A stretch of 64,000 bases of DNA, taken from the NCBI GenBank assembly GCA_001772615.1, contig MEUZ01000001.1, positions 189,483 to 253,482 of the forward strand, in the 5' to 3' direction. This stretch comes from a candidate division WWE3 bacterium RIFCSPHIGHO2_01_FULL_40_23 (GTDB lineage: Bacteria; Patescibacteriota; WWE3; UBA101185; 2-01-FULL-41-18). Made by a program: the position numbers and the translations under genes. Under the pieces are notes generated by a model. That model saw only the letters and a program-made list of their open reading frames with translations, was not told where the DNA came from and ran no database searches. This document shows, one piece after another, positions 29,137 through 37,783 of this stretch (positions within the stretch are counted from its first letter, which is position 1; every line of letters starts with the position of its first letter).

Positions 29137-29922
29137 ATGAAAAAGCTTATTGTAGCTATGGTAGCGTTTCCGTTGGTGGTACTGCTCTACGCGTGTGTAT
29201 CCCGCAACCCCCAGCTCACGGAAACACCAGCCGCAGTCGGAACCGCTACACGGGTGGCACTATCAACCGCGTCAGCGGAGGTTTCTCTGACTCCGAGTCC
29301 CGAAGTAAGTGAAGCCGTCTTTATCAAAGGCGGGGTGGCTACACTTGGCCGTACGGAAAAAGAGGTTGAGGAAGACTATCAAGACTGCCTTGCTATGGCG
29401 GGCAGGACAAATCAAGCAGCTTCAATCTGTGAACCAAAGGATAGTGTCTTTGGCGACCGGCCGCTTCGTACCATGTGGAAAGTGGAAGCTTTTCGCCTTG
29501 ATATTTATGAAGCCCACGATTCCAATGGCTACCCGCTCATCGTGCACTACGACGAAGCGGTTAAGGCCTGCCAGGAAAAAGGCGGAAGACTCCCCACCGA
29601 GGAACAGTGGGAATTTGCCGCGCGCGGCGAGGAGGGAAGAATGTGGCCATGGGGAAACAGCCCGCCCACAGCCGACAAGGCAAACATTGACACGGTTGGC
29701 GGCTACTCCGACAATCGCGTTCAAAAAGTGGGACAATACGAAGCGGGCAAAACGCCCGAAGGGGTCCACGACATGGTCGGAAACGTATGGGAATGGGTCG
29801 AAGGCGGCATGCGAAAAGGCGGGAGCGCGGGAAGCTATGTGGTTTTCACAAAGCCTTCCCATATGACCAGCGATAGCCAGGCTGGTTTCCGTTGCGCCTA
29901 TGATGCGCCCCCTAACTCATGA
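29137..29922 (+). CDS. Lipoprotein with formylglycine-generating-enzyme (FGE/SUMF1)-type domain
   Basis: Lipobox LLYAC; HDMVGNVWEWV…GGS…GFRCA signature. Confidence 0.75.
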   Translation: MKKLIVAMVAFPLVVLLYACVSRNPQLTETPAAVGTATRVALSTASAEVSLTPSPEVSEAVFIKGGVATLGRTEKEVEEDYQDCLAMAGRTNQAASICEPKDSVFGDRPLRTMWKVEAFRLDIYEAHDSNGYPLIVHYDEAVKACQEKGGRLPTEEQWEFAARGEEGRMWPWGNSPPTADKANIDTVGGYSDNRVQKVGQYEAGKTPEGVHDMVGNVWEWVEGGMRKGGSAGSYVVFTKPSHMTSDSQAGFRCAYDAPPNS

Positions 29923-29927
29923 GATTA

Positions 29928-29954
29928 GATTCCTGCTTCCGCGGGAATGACAAG
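29928..29954. repeat. Partial palindromic element, copy G (ATTCCTGCTTCCGCGGGAATGACAAG)
   Basis: Half-element immediately 3' of the FGE gene. Confidence 0.5.
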
Positions 29955-29955
29955 T

Positions 29956-29996
29956 TTTTTTTCAGAGCGGAAAGAACACAAACTTTCCGCTTTTTT
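29956..29996 (+). terminator. Rho-independent terminator
   Basis: AGCGGAAAG…CTTTCCGCT followed by TTTTTT. Confidence 0.65.
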
Positions 29997-30091
29997 ATTC
30001 AAAAACAAAACCGAATTTCAAATAAAAAACCCTCCGAACACGAGGTCACAACTTCTGTGACATCTGATTCAGAGGGTGTCAAACTTAAAGT

Positions 30092-31669
30092 CTAGGGGTC
30101 ACACTCCCCGATTGCCTTACCCCATTCACGGGTTGTCACGTCAAAGGTAGTCCTGTAATCCCCTTCAGTAGTAACGACCTCTAGCACTGTGCCGCTAAAA
30201 CCGGTAAGTTTCAACGTGCACTCCATTGTGCTTATGGGGTAACCCTTCGGAACCTCCGCTCCCTTTTCCAAAATCAAGGTAGCCTGGCCGTTAGCTGTCG
30301 CCCCTGCGAACACAACAACGGATTGGCCGTCGGTAGTATCCACACCAGTCCACCGTGTCGTTAGCCGGTAGCCTGGGTACGGTCCTCCAGTCACTTCCAT
30401 AATCCTGCCGGCCACCGAAGGAGTCAGTCCGGGGATAGTCGGCTGAACCGGTTGAGTGAGGTACTCAATTGCCTTCTCCGGCGGTAACGGCTGTGGGGCG
30501 TCGCACCCACTCAAAAGTGCAAACGTCACCAAAGAGGTCAAAACCAAATTCCTCATCATCTCACACTCCTCTACTTGCGAGCTCACACTTGGATAAGTGT
30601 AGGTTCGCGTGATATCGGTTGACCAACGAATTGTCAACTGTTCTAAGGGAGGTTTAACAATCTCATCCCTTAGCTGACGCCACCCTTCTTCCGGGCTATT
30701 GTCGGCCCCTTCGCAACCCGGCGGTTGGGGTCCTCCCGGAGGGCACCTCTGCTTTTGGGTCATAACCCCAACGAAGCGGATGGTTTCCCCATACTGCTCA
30801 CGCACAAAGTTGGCAACATCGGCCCACTGCCTAGCGTTGTATCCATTTATGTTGTAAATCTCCGGAACCGGACGGGCGTATGGGATATGCGGATTCCCTT
30901 TACCGATACGGCAGCACTTATATGCCACCTCGTCATAGTTCCATCCGTTCTCGCATACGTCACTGTCTACATTGCACACGGCGTTGCCAAAATCAAGCAA
31001 ACAACCTTTGTCGGGGTCCCCGGGAACACAGGTTGTTGCTTTAATGTACTCCTCTTCCCAACGCTCGGTGGTGTAAGGGTCGTTCCACGTGAGCTCCATA
31101 TCACTCGCACCGACGATGGTAACCTGACTGCTGTAGTTGGCCGCTCCCTGGACTATGGAATTAACCATTAAAGCCCAGGCCTTGCCATGTCCCACAGCAA
31201 GAGCCAAGTCCATTGAGGAGTTATTCACCCCAACGCCGATCGTCAATTGGGACAGCTTATCCCTTGACGAATAGATCCAGAAATTTCTGGCCATTTGTCT
31301 TACAGCTTCTCTAATGTCAGATTCCTTAAAGAAACCGTCAACAAAAATAGGCCAGGCTCCCCAGATACTGCCCGATTTTCCCGGATAACCAAGATCCAAA
31401 ACCACAAGCCAGTCCTGGGCCCTGGGCGTGTTGTACGCCGCAATGCCCAAAGCCCGGCCGACATCCGGAAGAAACCTTAAGTCATCAACATAATAGGACT
31501 TGGTCCATCCCGGATACGGGGGCAGCGGGTAATTTTTCAGGATCAGCGGCAGGTAAACCTTCCGGTGGTTTAGGGCGTCACTCTTCTCCTCCTCTGCGCT
31601 TATACCACTTACTCCGCTTGACGTTAGAAAGACCGCTAACGCAAGCAAGGCACAGAGGACGCGCTTCAT
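30092..31669 (-). CDS. Secreted protein ORF (525 aa) containing an internal second lipoprotein signal peptide (possible fusion of two genes)
   Basis: N-terminal signal peptide MKRVLCALLALAVFLTSSGVSG. At residue 371, MMRNLVLTSLVTFALLSGC (lipobox) is preceded by GAGGAG; an internal start would be at 30559. There is no stop codon between the two halves. Confidence 0.55.
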   Translation of the reverse strand: MKRVLCALLALAVFLTSSGVSGISAEEEKSDALNHRKVYLPLILKNYPLPPYPGWTKSYYVDDLRFLPDVGRALGIAAYNTPRAQDWLVVLDLGYPGKSGSIWGAWPIFVDGFFKESDIREAVRQMARNFWIYSSRDKLSQLTIGVGVNNSSMDLALAVGHGKAWALMVNSIVQGAANYSSQVTIVGASDMELTWNDPYTTERWEEEYIKATTCVPGDPDKGCLLDFGNAVCNVDSDVCENGWNYDEVAYKCCRIGKGNPHIPYARPVPEIYNINGYNARQWADVANFVREQYGETIRFVGVMTQKQRCPPGGPQPPGCEGADNSPEEGWRQLRDEIVKPPLEQLTIRWSTDITRTYTYPSVSSQVEECEMMRNLVLTSLVTFALLSGCDAPQPLPPEKAIEYLTQPVQPTIPGLTPSVAGRIMEVTGGPYPGYRLTTRWTGVDTTDGQSVVVFAGATANGQATLILEKGAEVPKGYPISTMECTLKLTGFSGTVLEVVTTEGDYRTTFDVTTREWGKAIGECDP

Positions 31670-31886
31670 TGTAGTCTCCTTAAAGGCTAAAAGTACCCGT
31701 TAAATCTCTTGCTAAAAAACCGATTGTGTATTAGGCGTCAGCCTTCCTTTCTAATTGTGAATAATTTGAAAGTTGTCTTAATTATACTTCTACACAAACC
31801 GGCCCATAAAATCAACAGTTTTTAACCTAGACCGTTATTAGCCCCCATGGTATGATTTAAAACAGTAATTGATTTAAGGAGAATTT

Positions 31887-32099
31887 ATGATGACAGAAGG
31901 TGGCCAAAACAACGAAGGTGGGGAAGGCTCGGCTTTGGCTTCTATAAACGAAGTTTTGGAGGCACTAGATCCTGAAAATAGAGAAAGTTTAAGAGGTGCA
32001 ATAGCAGAAGCATTAGCAGATGGGAAAACACCCGATGAGATAGTTAAGATACTGGAGGGGGGAGTGGAAGAAAATCCTCCCACAGCACAATCCACTTGA
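31887..32099 (+). CDS. Small acidic protein (70 aa)
   Basis: Strong RBS TAAGGAGAATTTATGATG; Glu/Gly/Ala-rich. Confidence 0.45.
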   Translation: MMTEGGQNNEGGEGSALASINEVLEALDPENRESLRGAIAEALADGKTPDEIVKILEGGVEENPPTAQST

Positions 32100-32245
32100 C
32101 ACTCGTGGGGGTTGTCTGCTATATATTTATCGGATCAAATTTTGCCCTAATTTCAATTAGCGATAACCAATCGGTTGGAGTTGCTTAATAAAGCGAATTT
32201 AGGGCTCTTAAAATAATGTCTAAAAATTTAACGAAGGAAAAAAAT

Positions 32246-32536
32246 ATGAAAGTTAAGCCTCTTTCAGATTATATTTTAATAGAACCAAAAACCCAAAAAG
32301 ACTCAACCACGCCGTCAGGAATAGTCCTTCCCGACACGGCAAAAGAAAAACCCCAGGAAGGAAAAGTAATTGCGGTAGGGCCGGGAAGATATGACGACAA
32401 AGGAAACCTCATTAAAATGAGCGTTAAAACCGGCGATATTGTTTATTACAAAAAATGGGGCGGAAACGAAATTAAACTTGACAACAAAGAATACCTTCTC
32501 GTTAAGGAAGAAGACATTTTGGCAATTATTGAGTAA
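32246..32536 (+). CDS. groES: Co-chaperonin GroES
   Basis: MKVKPLSDYILIEPK…GKVIAVGPGR; ATG at 32246 with RBS AAGGAAAAAAAT. Confidence 0.93.
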   Translation: MKVKPLSDYILIEPKTQKDSTTPSGIVLPDTAKEKPQEGKVIAVGPGRYDDKGNLIKMSVKTGDIVYYKKWGGNEIKLDNKEYLLVKEEDILAIIE

Positions 32537-32599
32537 TTAGAATAAAATTTACCTGCTTAAAAAATAAAGTATTAAGGTTTTACATAGGAGGAAATTAAT

Positions 32600-34267
32600 A
32601 TGCCAGCCAAACAGCTACTTTACGGAGACGAAGCTAGAAAAAAATTAAAAGCGGGAGTTGATAAGCTTGCCAAAGCCGTTGTCACTACGCTTGGACCAAA
32701 AGGCAGAAACGTTTCATTAGATAAGAAATGGGGGGCGCCCCAGGTAGTCCATGACGGGGTAACGGTTGCAAAAGAAATAGAGCTTGAGGATCCTTTTGAA
32801 AACATGGGAGCCCAGCTTGTTAAAGAAGCGGCTTCAAAAACAAACGATGTAGCAGGTGACGGAACTACTACAGCAACTCTTCTTGCACAGGCAATCGTTG
32901 ATGAAGGTTTAAAAAATGTATCCGCGGGGGCAAATCCGATGATAGTAAGACACGGCCTTGAAAAGGCAGCCGAGCTTGTTGTAAACGAAATTAAAGCAAT
33001 GTCCAAAAAAATAACTACCAAGGAAGAAAAAGCCCAGGTAGCGACAATTTCAGGAGCAAGCGAAGAAATTGGCAATCTTATCGCGGAAGCAATGGATCAC
33101 GTTGGAAATAATGGGGTCATAACGGTTGAAGAATCAAAAGGTCTAAAGATGGAGGTTGAATATAAGGAAGGGATGCAGTTTGATAAAGGTTATGCCTCTC
33201 CATATTTTGTCACAAACCCCGATAAAATGGAGGCTACAATAGAAAGCCCTTATATTTTAATCACGGATCAGAAGATCTCGGCGATATCAGACCTTCTTCC
33301 CATGCTTGAAAACCTAATTAAAGTTTCCAAAAACCTTGTGATAATCGCGGATGAAGTTGATGGGGAAGCGCTTGCTACACTCGTCGTAAATAAAATAAGA
33401 GGCACATTTAATGCTCTTGCCGTTAAAGTCCCCGGTTTTGGGGACAGAAGAAAAGAAATGCTTGCCGACATTGCGGTTTTAACTGGTGGAACAGTTATAA
33501 GCGAGGAAGTTGGAAGAAAGCTTGACAGCGTAAAGGTTGATGATCTAGGAAAAGCAGATAGAATTACAGCCGACAAAGACGAAACCATTATCGTTGGCGG
33601 AAAAGGCAAAAAAGCCGATCTTAACGCAAGAATTGCCCAAATCCAAAAGCAGATTGAAACAACCGACTCATCTTATGACAAAGAAAAACTTCAGGAAAGG
33701 CTTGCTAAACTCTCTGGGGGTGTGGCGGTGATAAGTGTAGGAGCCGCATCGGAAACAGAGCTTAAAGAGAAAAAGTTAAGAGTGGAGGACGCCGTAAACG
33801 CAACCAAAGCCGCAGTTGAAGAAGGCATTGTTCCCGGAGGCGGAGTAGCACTTTTAAGAGCAAGAAAAGTTTTAAAGAAAATGAAGCTTGAAGGGGATGA
33901 GCAAATCGGAGCCACCATACTTTTTAACGCTTTAGATAAACCCTTAAGAATGATAACCGAAAACGCGGGAGTTGACGCAGGATGGGTTGTAAGAGAACTT
34001 GAGCATCGCGAGGAAGACAGTAGTAAAGCGGGCAAGGGCGGTAATAACATAGGATATAACGTCTTAACCATGGAATTTGAGGATATGGTAAAAAGCGGGA
34101 TTATGGATCCTGCAAAGGTTGCAAGAACCGCTCTTCAAAATGCGGTTTCAGTTGCGATAATGGTTTTAACTACTGAAACTCTGGTAACCGAAGTTCCCGA
34201 AAAAGAAAAAGCCCCGATGGGAGGAATGCCCGGTGGCATGGGTGGCATGGGCGACATGGATATGTAA
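32600..34267 (+). CDS. groEL: Chaperonin GroEL
   Basis: [24 protein letters not shown], and a C-terminal GGM repeat. Confidence 0.97.
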   Translation: MPAKQLLYGDEARKKLKAGVDKLAKAVVTTLGPKGRNVSLDKKWGAPQVVHDGVTVAKEIELEDPFENMGAQLVKEAASKTNDVAGDGTTTATLLAQAIVDEGLKNVSAGANPMIVRHGLEKAAELVVNEIKAMSKKITTKEEKAQVATISGASEEIGNLIAEAMDHVGNNGVITVEESKGLKMEVEYKEGMQFDKGYASPYFVTNPDKMEATIESPYILITDQKISAISDLLPMLENLIKVSKNLVIIADEVDGEALATLVVNKIRGTFNALAVKVPGFGDRRKEMLADIAVLTGGTVISEEVGRKLDSVKVDDLGKADRITADKDETIIVGGKGKKADLNARIAQIQKQIETTDSSYDKEKLQERLAKLSGGVAVISVGAASETELKEKKLRVEDAVNATKAAVEEGIVPGGGVALLRARKVLKKMKLEGDEQIGATILFNALDKPLRMITENAGVDAGWVVRELEHREEDSSKAGKGGNNIGYNVLTMEFEDMVKSGIMDPAKVARTALQNAVSVAIMVLTTETLVTEVPEKEKAPMGGMPGGMGGMGDMDM

Positions 34268-34323
34268 AAAACCCGCCTGCGTGGAAACCAAACAAGCGGG
34301 TAACACTGGAGAAAGAGCCGGGC

Positions 34324-34764
34324 CTAAAGACTAAAGCTCTCCAACAGATCGCTAGGATCGTCCATGGAAAAAGGATTAGCTTCTTTATCAGTAGCGGGAA
34401 GGTGGCTGAAATAAACCTTAGCCTTTACCTTCATCCCTTCTTCAACAAAGACCTCAAGAACATTGAAGAGAGGCCGCATCCTATTACCATGCGAAAGAAA
34501 TACACCGTTTCTCCTCGTCAGCCACACAACTTGGCCCACCGGGGTGTAATCCACATCCTGCTCATCAACCCAGGCGAAACGCACACCCAAAGGAAGCGGG
34601 GCATCTTCAACCGCTTGCAGCGTAACACCCGCACGGCCGTCAGGGAGAAGAACAGGAACAACATCAACAACAACCGTCTCTACTCTGCCCGGTTCAAGTG
34701 TTACATTCCAAGCAAGGCGTGATCCCGGTAACAGGACCCTTTCATTCCCTGGAAAGTAAGTCAT
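34324..34764 (-). CDS. Hypothetical protein, GC-rich (146 aa)
   Basis: Start at MTYFPGNERV (34764) with AAGGAG 7 nt upstream. No motif. Confidence 0.45.
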   Translation of the reverse strand: MTYFPGNERVLLPGSRLAWNVTLEPGRVETVVVDVVPVLLPDGRAGVTLQAVEDAPLPLGVRFAWVDEQDVDYTPVGQVVWLTRRNGVFLSHGNRMRPLFNVLEVFVEEGMKVKAKVYFSHLPATDKEANPFSMDDPSDLLESFSL

Positions 34765-34865
34765 CTTTTTCTCCTTTTCTTTCTGTTTGTTCACCAAGGT
34801 TATCAAATATTCAGGGTTATATCAACTATAGGTTAGAGGGATCTGTCCAGGAACGACAGGTTAAT

Positions 34866-35735
34866 CTAATCAACTCCCAGCCTTTTAAGCCCTTCCTCAT
34901 AAGAGGTGAGAATCCAACTTGAATGGTCGTCTCTTCTAAAATGGATAAGGCGATCCGTTGTAATTTCGTTTGTAATTCTTTTTTGCATGTACCAAAGCTG
35001 AAGCTTCATTAACAAATACTCAAAGGTAATTAAAAAGTTAAAAAATCTTTCGGGAGATTTAAATTCTTCATCTTTCGCTTTAACTTTCACATGAGGGAGA
35101 AATTCAAAAGACCATCTGTTCGCGTTTAGAAACCTGAAATAGTAACCACCCCTATCAAAAACGGGCTGCATGAGAAGAATTTCATGCGCAATATAAACAT
35201 TTTTAGCGTATCCCCACTCAAGGTTTTCCTCATCAATAAAAATATTCGGGCAGATTTTTCCTCCCGCATCTTTGTCGGTTCTGTAAAGGTTTAAAGCCTT
35301 TAACATTAAAACCGTAAAAAATCTCCCAAGCCAAAGGCGGTCTTTCGTTGTAATTACCATTACATCAATGTCATCATTCTCCACAGCGTTACCCGCCGCG
35401 ACGGCTCCCGTAACGGCAATCAGCTTTACAAAAGGGTTAGCACCAAGAATTCTTGAAATCTTTTGCGCCTTTAAAAGAAGTTTTCTAGAATCCTCCTCTC
35501 TTCTCTTTCTATCTTCAATAACTGCACTTCCAAGATGGAAAAAACCATCTTCATAAAAAATTATCTTTTCAGTGAGCAAGTTTCTCAAGGCTTCTTTAAA
35601 CTCTTCAAAGGAAAACCCGCTTTCTGAAATTACATAAGTGTAAAGCTGATGAAAAGTTAAAGGATAAGAAAAGACGTTTCTATAAGCGAGCGTTTTAAGA
35701 ATTGAATTTCTGATGGGATTTAAGGCTTCTTCCAC
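34866..35735 (-). CDS. Nucleotidyltransferase-fold protein (pol-beta-like minimal NTase core in a 289-aa protein)
   Basis: G-x-V-A-A-G-N-A-V-E-N-D-D-I-D-V (GS…DxD) at about residue 110, flanked by an N-terminal about 100-aa and a C-terminal about 150-aa helical region. Confidence 0.5.
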   Translation of the reverse strand: MEEALNPIRNSILKTLAYRNVFSYPLTFHQLYTYVISESGFSFEEFKEALRNLLTEKIIFYEDGFFHLGSAVIEDRKRREEDSRKLLLKAQKISRILGANPFVKLIAVTGAVAAGNAVENDDIDVMVITTKDRLWLGRFFTVLMLKALNLYRTDKDAGGKICPNIFIDEENLEWGYAKNVYIAHEILLMQPVFDRGGYYFRFLNANRWSFEFLPHVKVKAKDEEFKSPERFFNFLITFEYLLMKLQLWYMQKRITNEITTDRLIHFRRDDHSSWILTSYEEGLKRLGVD

Positions 35736-36132
35736 AAGATGATTATACTAGGAATAAAGATGAGGGGGGCGGACGGGACAAGGACATTCGCACGCCCCCT
35801 AAGATATTATTTCCTCTGCTGCTTTTGAGGTTGGAGGTATCTCCTAAGCACCTCGCCGGAGGCGTAGAAGAACGTTTGAAGGACAGACCAGTTGGCAAGA
35901 AATATTTCGTACCAGCCGGTCTTCGCGTTGTACTCTGCTTTCAGAATCCCCGACTGCTGAAGCAACCGGATCTCACCCGCAACTACTTTCACAGGAACGC
36001 ATGCAGCGCTCTCCACAGAGGGAGATGCGCATACAAGCCCGGATACAACATTGTAATTCTCTCCTTTTCTGTTTCCCGATTTAGACTATGAATATCCTAT
36101 AACAAACAAATGCGGGGGCAAATAGGTTTAAT

Positions 36133-36669
36133 TTATGTATGCCTGTCGGCTATTTTTGAGGCGCCGAAAGAGTCGGGCTTGGTTTTAACTTCAAATCCGC
36201 TTCCCCTTATCATCCCGACAACTTCATTTATGATTTCCCGCGTTTCACCAACTCTTCCCACGTCAAGATGAATCTCAAAGTTGCAGGAAAGAACCTCTTC
36301 GTTACGGGCTACTTCCAAAAGATCCTGTGCAAACTCCATGGAAATAAGTGCCTCCTGATAAATGCGGTCTCTTAGCGTGTAAAAAGTTGAGGACAATGAC
36401 CTTCTCCAGAAATAAACTCCTCCCGAGCCGATCTTGTGAACGATAATAGCCGTAATAAAGTCAACTTCCCTTCCGTTCTTGCCTTCGGAGTCAGTCCCGA
36501 TGATAATTTTGTATTTAAACGAAGGGTCCGCCTTTACATATTCGGAAATGTTAAGTAAAACATACTCCAAAGTTAAGACCCCAAGGGTGGGGCTTCTAAA
36601 CTCTTCAGTTAAAATTTTGACTTTTGCTTCTTCAGTCATACGCCAAAAAGTATAACACTTCCTTGCCAC
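36133..36669 (-). CDS. Hypothetical protein, possibly RNase-H-like YkuK/DUF458-type
   Basis: 178 aa; IIIGTDSEGKNGREVDFITAIIVHKIGSGG. Family assignment from memory; low certainty. Confidence 0.35.
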   Translation of the reverse strand: MARKCYTFWRMTEEAKVKILTEEFRSPTLGVLTLEYVLLNISEYVKADPSFKYKIIIGTDSEGKNGREVDFITAIIVHKIGSGGVYFWRRSLSSTFYTLRDRIYQEALISMEFAQDLLEVARNEEVLSCNFEIHLDVGRVGETREIINEVVGMIRGSGFEVKTKPDSFGASKIADRHT

Positions 36670-36694
36670 CCCTACGGGAGCGCAGAACTGTATT

Positions 36695-37093
36695 TCAGGC
36701 TTTGCTGTCTAAAACCTCATTAACTATCCTATCAGCTTCTTTATTTTCATTCCTTTGAACGTGCATAAACTCAATAAAATCAAACTTTTCGCAGAGAAGC
36801 TTTACATGGGAGAACAAATCCTTAAGATGCGTATCTTTAACTCTGTACTCCCCATTTAACTGCTTAACAACAAGCTCGCTGTCAAGCCTACATTTTACAG
36901 CCTTAATACCCAAATCCAAAACTTCAGACAAACCTCTCACAAGTGCTTTATATTCGGAAACGTTATTTGTCGCGTTCCCTATAAATTCTCCACCCTTTTT
37001 TAAAACCTTGTTCTTATCATCTGAAATAACAAAAGCCAAAGCGGCAGGCCCTGGATTTCCTCTTGCCCCGCCGTCAGTGTTTAAAAAAATCAT
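36695..37093 (-). CDS. rnhA: Ribonuclease HI
   Basis: NTDGGARGNPGPAA…NNVSEYKAL…; 132 aa. Confidence 0.88.
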   Translation of the reverse strand: MIFLNTDGGARGNPGPAALAFVISDDKNKVLKKGGEFIGNATNNVSEYKALVRGLSEVLDLGIKAVKCRLDSELVVKQLNGEYRVKDTHLKDLFSHVKLLCEKFDFIEFMHVQRNENKEADRIVNEVLDSKA

Positions 37094-37758
37094 GCCCCGC
37101 CCTTTAAATAATTTTTAAATGATAAATAAAAAACAGAAATAAAAAGGCTTAAAAAGAAACCGGCAAGTGCAAATAGGGGAGGGTTTGGCTCAAGCTTTAC
37201 CACAACGGGCTTTTTTTCTACCAGATCAATCCCAAGCCTTTCGTCAGCGCTCTTGTTTAGCTCCTCCGACTTTTTGACCGTAGTCTCTACAAGAGAATCC
37301 CACAGCTTTTCGGTAAAATCCCGATCTCTTCCCACAACGGAAACCAGAACAAGCTGTGGCCCGCTTCTTTTCACGGTTACATAGTCATCAAGCTTAACAA
37401 GATCTTTATACGCAAAAGACGGATTAACAGATTTAAGAGCGGCGCTTCTCACATCAATACTTTTTAAAAACCCGATTACGGTTTCTGTATATTTCTCCGC
37501 AGTCTGGATTGCATAAAAGCCCTCATACGTAAAGTAGCCAGGACTCCCTAGCTCGGCTTCCCTCTTTACGTACAAAGTCGCGGAAGCCTTGTATTTTACA
37601 GGTATATAAAAAGATATTATAAAAACGGCTATAGCAACAAGGAAGCTTAAAAGGAGGGAGGCCTTTAAGTGCTTTTGCAAAACGGCCAGAAAATCCTTTA
37701 ATTCCACGAATGGATTATCCGAAAATATGTTTTCCTTGTCAACAAAAGGTCTAATCAA
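37090..37758 (-). CDS. Wzz/CpsC-like polysaccharide chain-length-determinant (co-polymerase) protein
   Basis: Bitopic: N-terminal TM after LKDFLAVLQKH…, periplasmic domain, C-terminal TM with a P…G motif (PNPPLFALAGFFLSLFI). Overlaps rnhA by 4 nt. Confidence 0.6.
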   Translation of the reverse strand: MIRPFVDKENIFSDNPFVELKDFLAVLQKHLKASLLLSFLVAIAVFIISFYIPVKYKASATLYVKREAELGSPGYFTYEGFYAIQTAEKYTETVIGFLKSIDVRSAALKSVNPSFAYKDLVKLDDYVTVKRSGPQLVLVSVVGRDRDFTEKLWDSLVETTVKKSEELNKSADERLGIDLVEKKPVVVKLEPNPPLFALAGFFLSLFISVFYLSFKNYLKGGA

Positions 37759-37783
37759 ATATAATTAGTTTAGAAAACTGCCC

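Noticed and set aside
32100-32245. CIRCE (HrcA operator, TTAGCACTC-N9-GAGTGCTAA) upstream of groES.
   Set aside because: Only a weak resemblance (TTAGCGATA…GGAGTTGCTTAA) with insertions in the right half-site; not convincing by eye.
32620-34071. Three antisense ORFs inside groEL (32620-33075, 33268-33609 and 33691-34071, minus strand), and 54140-55078 antisense to dnaN.
   Set aside because: Low-complexity Ser/Ala/Thr-rich translations typical of the reverse strand of highly expressed conserved genes; no start context.
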